From assembly GCA_977017645.1 (NCBI GenBank), contig OZ360225.1:118234001-118298000 (forward strand): 64,000 nucleotides of DNA, written 5' to 3'. The translations under genes and the position numbers were made by a program. Positions 60,590-64,000 of the stretch are shown in pieces. The first letter of the stretch is position 1, and each line of letters begins with the position of its first letter. Origin of the DNA: Torpedo marmorata (taxonomy: Eukaryota). The notes under the pieces are model-generated. The model was given only the letters and a program-made list of their open reading frames with translations. It was not told the DNA's origin and ran no database searches.

Positions 60590-62960
60590 CAGTACAACTC
60601 CGATTATCCGAAATGGTCGGGACCGGACCTTTTTCGGATGACTGAATTTTTCGGATAAATGGTCTGTTACGAACTAACAAACCTTGCTAGTACTAACAAA
60701 GGAACATCAATGAAAAGTACACCAGACAATGGTAAATTAAAAATACGTTTTTATTAAACTATTAATAACATAACATTTCTTACTTATCTCTAAACTTAAC
60801 TCTAACTTAAACCCCACTATGCGCAAATGTAAATGTGTGTGTGTTAAAGTCCAAACTATTTCAGTTTAAACTTGAGTCTGAAAAGTCAATTTTAAAGTCC
60901 AGTTTCAAACTTCTTGTTGAATTTCAGGATCTTTTTAAACTGTGGTTCAGAAGTAATTATAAAGCAAGAGTGAAGCACCCGATTTCTTTCAAACTCACAC
61001 GTCTTTTGATGAGTTGTCTTTCAGAGAGATATTCTTCTTCATGCAAGTGATTTCACAAACTCCCTCTTATCTTGCCTAAGAGTTCCGGAGTCTGTTTTCC
61101 ACGATGATTTCTTTCTTAATCAAGAGTAACATACGAGGCTGCCCTCTTTTCTTAGAGGCAGTCGGAAGTGGTCTTACTTATTTAAAAGCCACTTATGTTG
61201 TATATCTCCTATGATAAGGATGATACAAGGCAGAACAGCATCTCCCTTTCTTTCCAGAGACTACTGCTCCAATCCTGTCTTTCCAGGATGTCAAATTTTC
61301 TTAAACTGACTCCTTTGTCTCTGAGTTTGATAATATATTTCTTGTACATCTCTCATGTCACATGGTATATGACATCATTTCGATCTTTGAAGTTCATAAT
61401 GTCTTCTTTACACTTATGTGCTAAAAGCATCTCAGTCCATTTAAGACTCCGTGATGTCTATCCACATGGACACAGAATGGATCTGTGTTTACACAGGTGC
61501 TTCTGAGCCAACATCTATTGTTTTCAGTATCTCAAGAACCATCATAAAGCCTTTAATCTCTTGGCTTCAACTGCAATCAGCAGACATTCTGTCTCTGCAA
61601 ATGGCCATCTGCCATCTCAAAGAACCACGTGTGTTTAAAATGCAAATCTGTTGCCTTTGTGCCCCTGAAACCACCCAAAAATAACTTACTAAGCCATATC
61701 TAGATGAAATATAGTTTTAACATTAAACTAAAGATTAATCATAGCACATTCGTCACAGGTCATTTTTTAAAAACAGCCCAGTAGCAACAGCAAATCACTT
61801 GTATCAATGTTTAAACAACGACAAACAACAATGGATGGCTTTTTAAGCATTAAAATAATGTTTAATTCTCACCAAAAAAATGCTGGCCGCCGCCGATCCC
61901 CGACACGTCCCCAATGCCGCCTCCGATCCCCGACACGTCCACAACGCCGCCGCTGATTACCGATCCCCGACACGTCCCCACCGAGGTCCCGCTCCTGCCC
62001 GGAAGCCCAAGCAGGGGCGTAGCTTGGAGGGGAGGGGGGAGGGAGAGCAGGGAGTGTGATCGCTCCCCCCGCCTTTTCAGCCAGGCAGCGCCCCCGGCTC
62101 CACGGCCCTCCCGCACCGCATATTTTTGAACTGTGAGACCACGGCATCTGCCGCATATGCCGTGGTCTCACAGTGTCATTGTTGCTCCCGACGCCCTTCT
62201 GGTGTGCATTTGCGGTAGGCCGAGGGGAGGGTTTGGACTCGGGCGTCGGGAGCTCCGGTCACCGGAGCTCCCGACGCCTGAGTCCCGACTCCGAACCCTC
62301 CCCTTGGCCTACAGCACACGCACACCGGGAAGTTCAGTGTGCGTATGTGATAGTAGGCCGAGGGGAGGCTTCGGAGTTGGCGTCGGCAACTCCGGTGTGC
62401 CGAGGAGGGAGGGAGGGAAGGGGATAGGAGGGAAGGGAGGGGAGAGGAGAGGGGAAGGAAGGGGAGAGGAGGGAGGGAAGGGGAGAGGAGGGAGGGAAGG
62501 GGAGAGGGGGGAGAGGAGGGAGGGAGGGAAGGGGATGGAACGCCACGGAGCCCGAGGTCCCGCTCCTGCCCGGGAGGCCGCTCTCCTTGATGACGCCGGG
62601 ACAAGGGATTCTTCCGACCGCTTGCGGCTGGGAGACCGTGGCACGCAGTTTGAGAGGGAGAGTTGGAGAGAAAAGTCAATAGGGGAAGGCAAAGAAGAAA
62701 TGGAAAGAGAGAGGGGAGGGAGTTACCTGAAACGAGGACAACCGTCGTTCTAATTTCATGTTGGGTGAATTTTATTTCAACCTGTGAGGTCAGTTCGGCT
62801 CTGAAAAAATTTCAGATAAATGAGGATTTCTGATTGTTTCGGATATCCTCATTTATCCGAAATTTTTCGGAGGCAAACAGATGTCACTTCCGGGTCCAAA
62901 AATTTTTCGGATAAATTAGGATTTTGGTTAATCCGATTTCGGATAATCGGAGTTGTACTG
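60590..62960. mobile_element. Non-autonomous TcMar (Tigger/pogo-like) DNA transposon, 2371 bp
   Basis: Perfect 25-bp TIRs CAGTACAACTCCGATTATCCGAAAT, TA duplicated on both sides, repeated subterminal TTATCCGAAA/TTTCGGATAA motifs, no transposase ORF. Confidence 0.92.
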
Positions 62961-64000
62961 TAATTCTTTGCTCATAACCTACTTAAAACTTGGCAAGTCT
63001 GAAAACATTTAAAATATTGACTTTATTTACATACAATTACGAATCAAGTCAAACTACAAGAGCAATGTCTGTAATTGTGTTTGCTTTCCATTATTAAAAT
63101 CTTGCAAATACATTTTGAAGTTTAAAATAAGGTTTTTCTACGATTAAAGGCAACATGCTGGTATCCTTTTGGAACACTGATTTAATTGTGTGAAGTATTC
63201 CACAATTGCCAAACAGGAAGCAAACTGGTCAAGTTTAGATGCAGCCTAACAAGTGAAACAGAAATAACACCATCATTTTTTTTGTTTCATCCTTTTACAT
63301 ACCATTAAATACATTAAATGTTCCTTCTGTGTTGTTCACTGTTATTTTACAGAATTTGTTTAAATTGAAGTAAAAAGAGCATTTTATGTTTTATGGTTTT
63401 AGAAAGAATGCTCAATAAATCAAGAGTAGGACCAAATATGATTTAAGAAAATGATATTTTATTGTGACTATTCACTGTTATAAAAGTTTCTCAGTTAATA
63501 TAAATTAAATCAAAATACCACAGCATCTCTCATCCTAATTATTTATAAATCGTTAATAGGATTTGAGGCAAGTCAGTTTCACTGTTTCTGTTACTGATCT
63601 TTGTGTTGTTTACCACTGATCAGAATCAAGTTTTTGAAATGAACATGTAGACATGCAGTAGAGTTGAGCAACTACAAAACAAAACTAAATTAAGTTTCCA
63701 TTAATTATCTCTTTTGCAATTACAAGCAGAAAAAGGAACATTCTGCTTCCAAAACATTAATGAAGTTCACTTAAAGCACTTTTCATCAAAGCTTGCAAAA
63801 ATTATTTTGATGTTGTAATGTTTGCCAGGTTTTTTCTTCCCTTCTCAAAGGCGACCCTTGTAGTGTAACAGCCAATGTCCAGAGGACAAGCAGGAAGACT
63901 GACCCCAGGTTACCACAAACAGGAGCTGAATTCAACCATTAGATGGCACGCGTGCCTGACTTTCTTTCACTTCCTCTGGGGAAAACATGCGATTTCCACA

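Noticed and set aside
61862-62753. Gly/Arg/Pro-rich ORFs in several frames
   Set aside because: Low-complexity GC/purine tracts inside a DNA transposon
48000-64000. Expected upstream NCOA2 PAS-A exon (RRNSHTFNCRML...)
   Set aside because: Not found by eye; it probably lies beyond the window end

Overview
Eukaryotic (vertebrate) genomic DNA, most likely a cartilaginous fish (ray/shark; inferred from the V-SINE, CR1, Rex1/Babar, Penelope and L1 repeat complement). The whole window lies inside one minus-strand gene, nuclear receptor coactivator 2 (NCOA2/SRC-2/TIF2/GRIP1). I mapped 13 internal coding exons with GT-AG boundaries and consistent phases, from the PAS-B region (47939) through the three LxxLL NR boxes, the CBP-binding AD1 and the Q-rich region to 1080. 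The N-terminal bHLH/PAS-A exons and the last exons lie outside the window. The introns hold nested transposons: a three-LTR tandem Gypsy hit by two L1s and a non-autonomous LINE derivative, two back-to-back near-full ORF2 L1s (one with an open 1263-codon ORF2), Penelope elements with hammerhead-ribozyme motifs, a composite hAT MITE and a CpG/hairpin-carrying Tigger-like element. I found no evidence of a wholly new gene system. The best leads are a shared L1 target sequence (TC^AAGAAC), a ZNF143/ETS promoter module in an LTR next to an NCOA2 exon, and several splice-site peculiarities. All alignments were done by eye; comparisons with human NCOA2 and repeat consensus sequences are from memory. 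Coordinates of old repeats are approximate.
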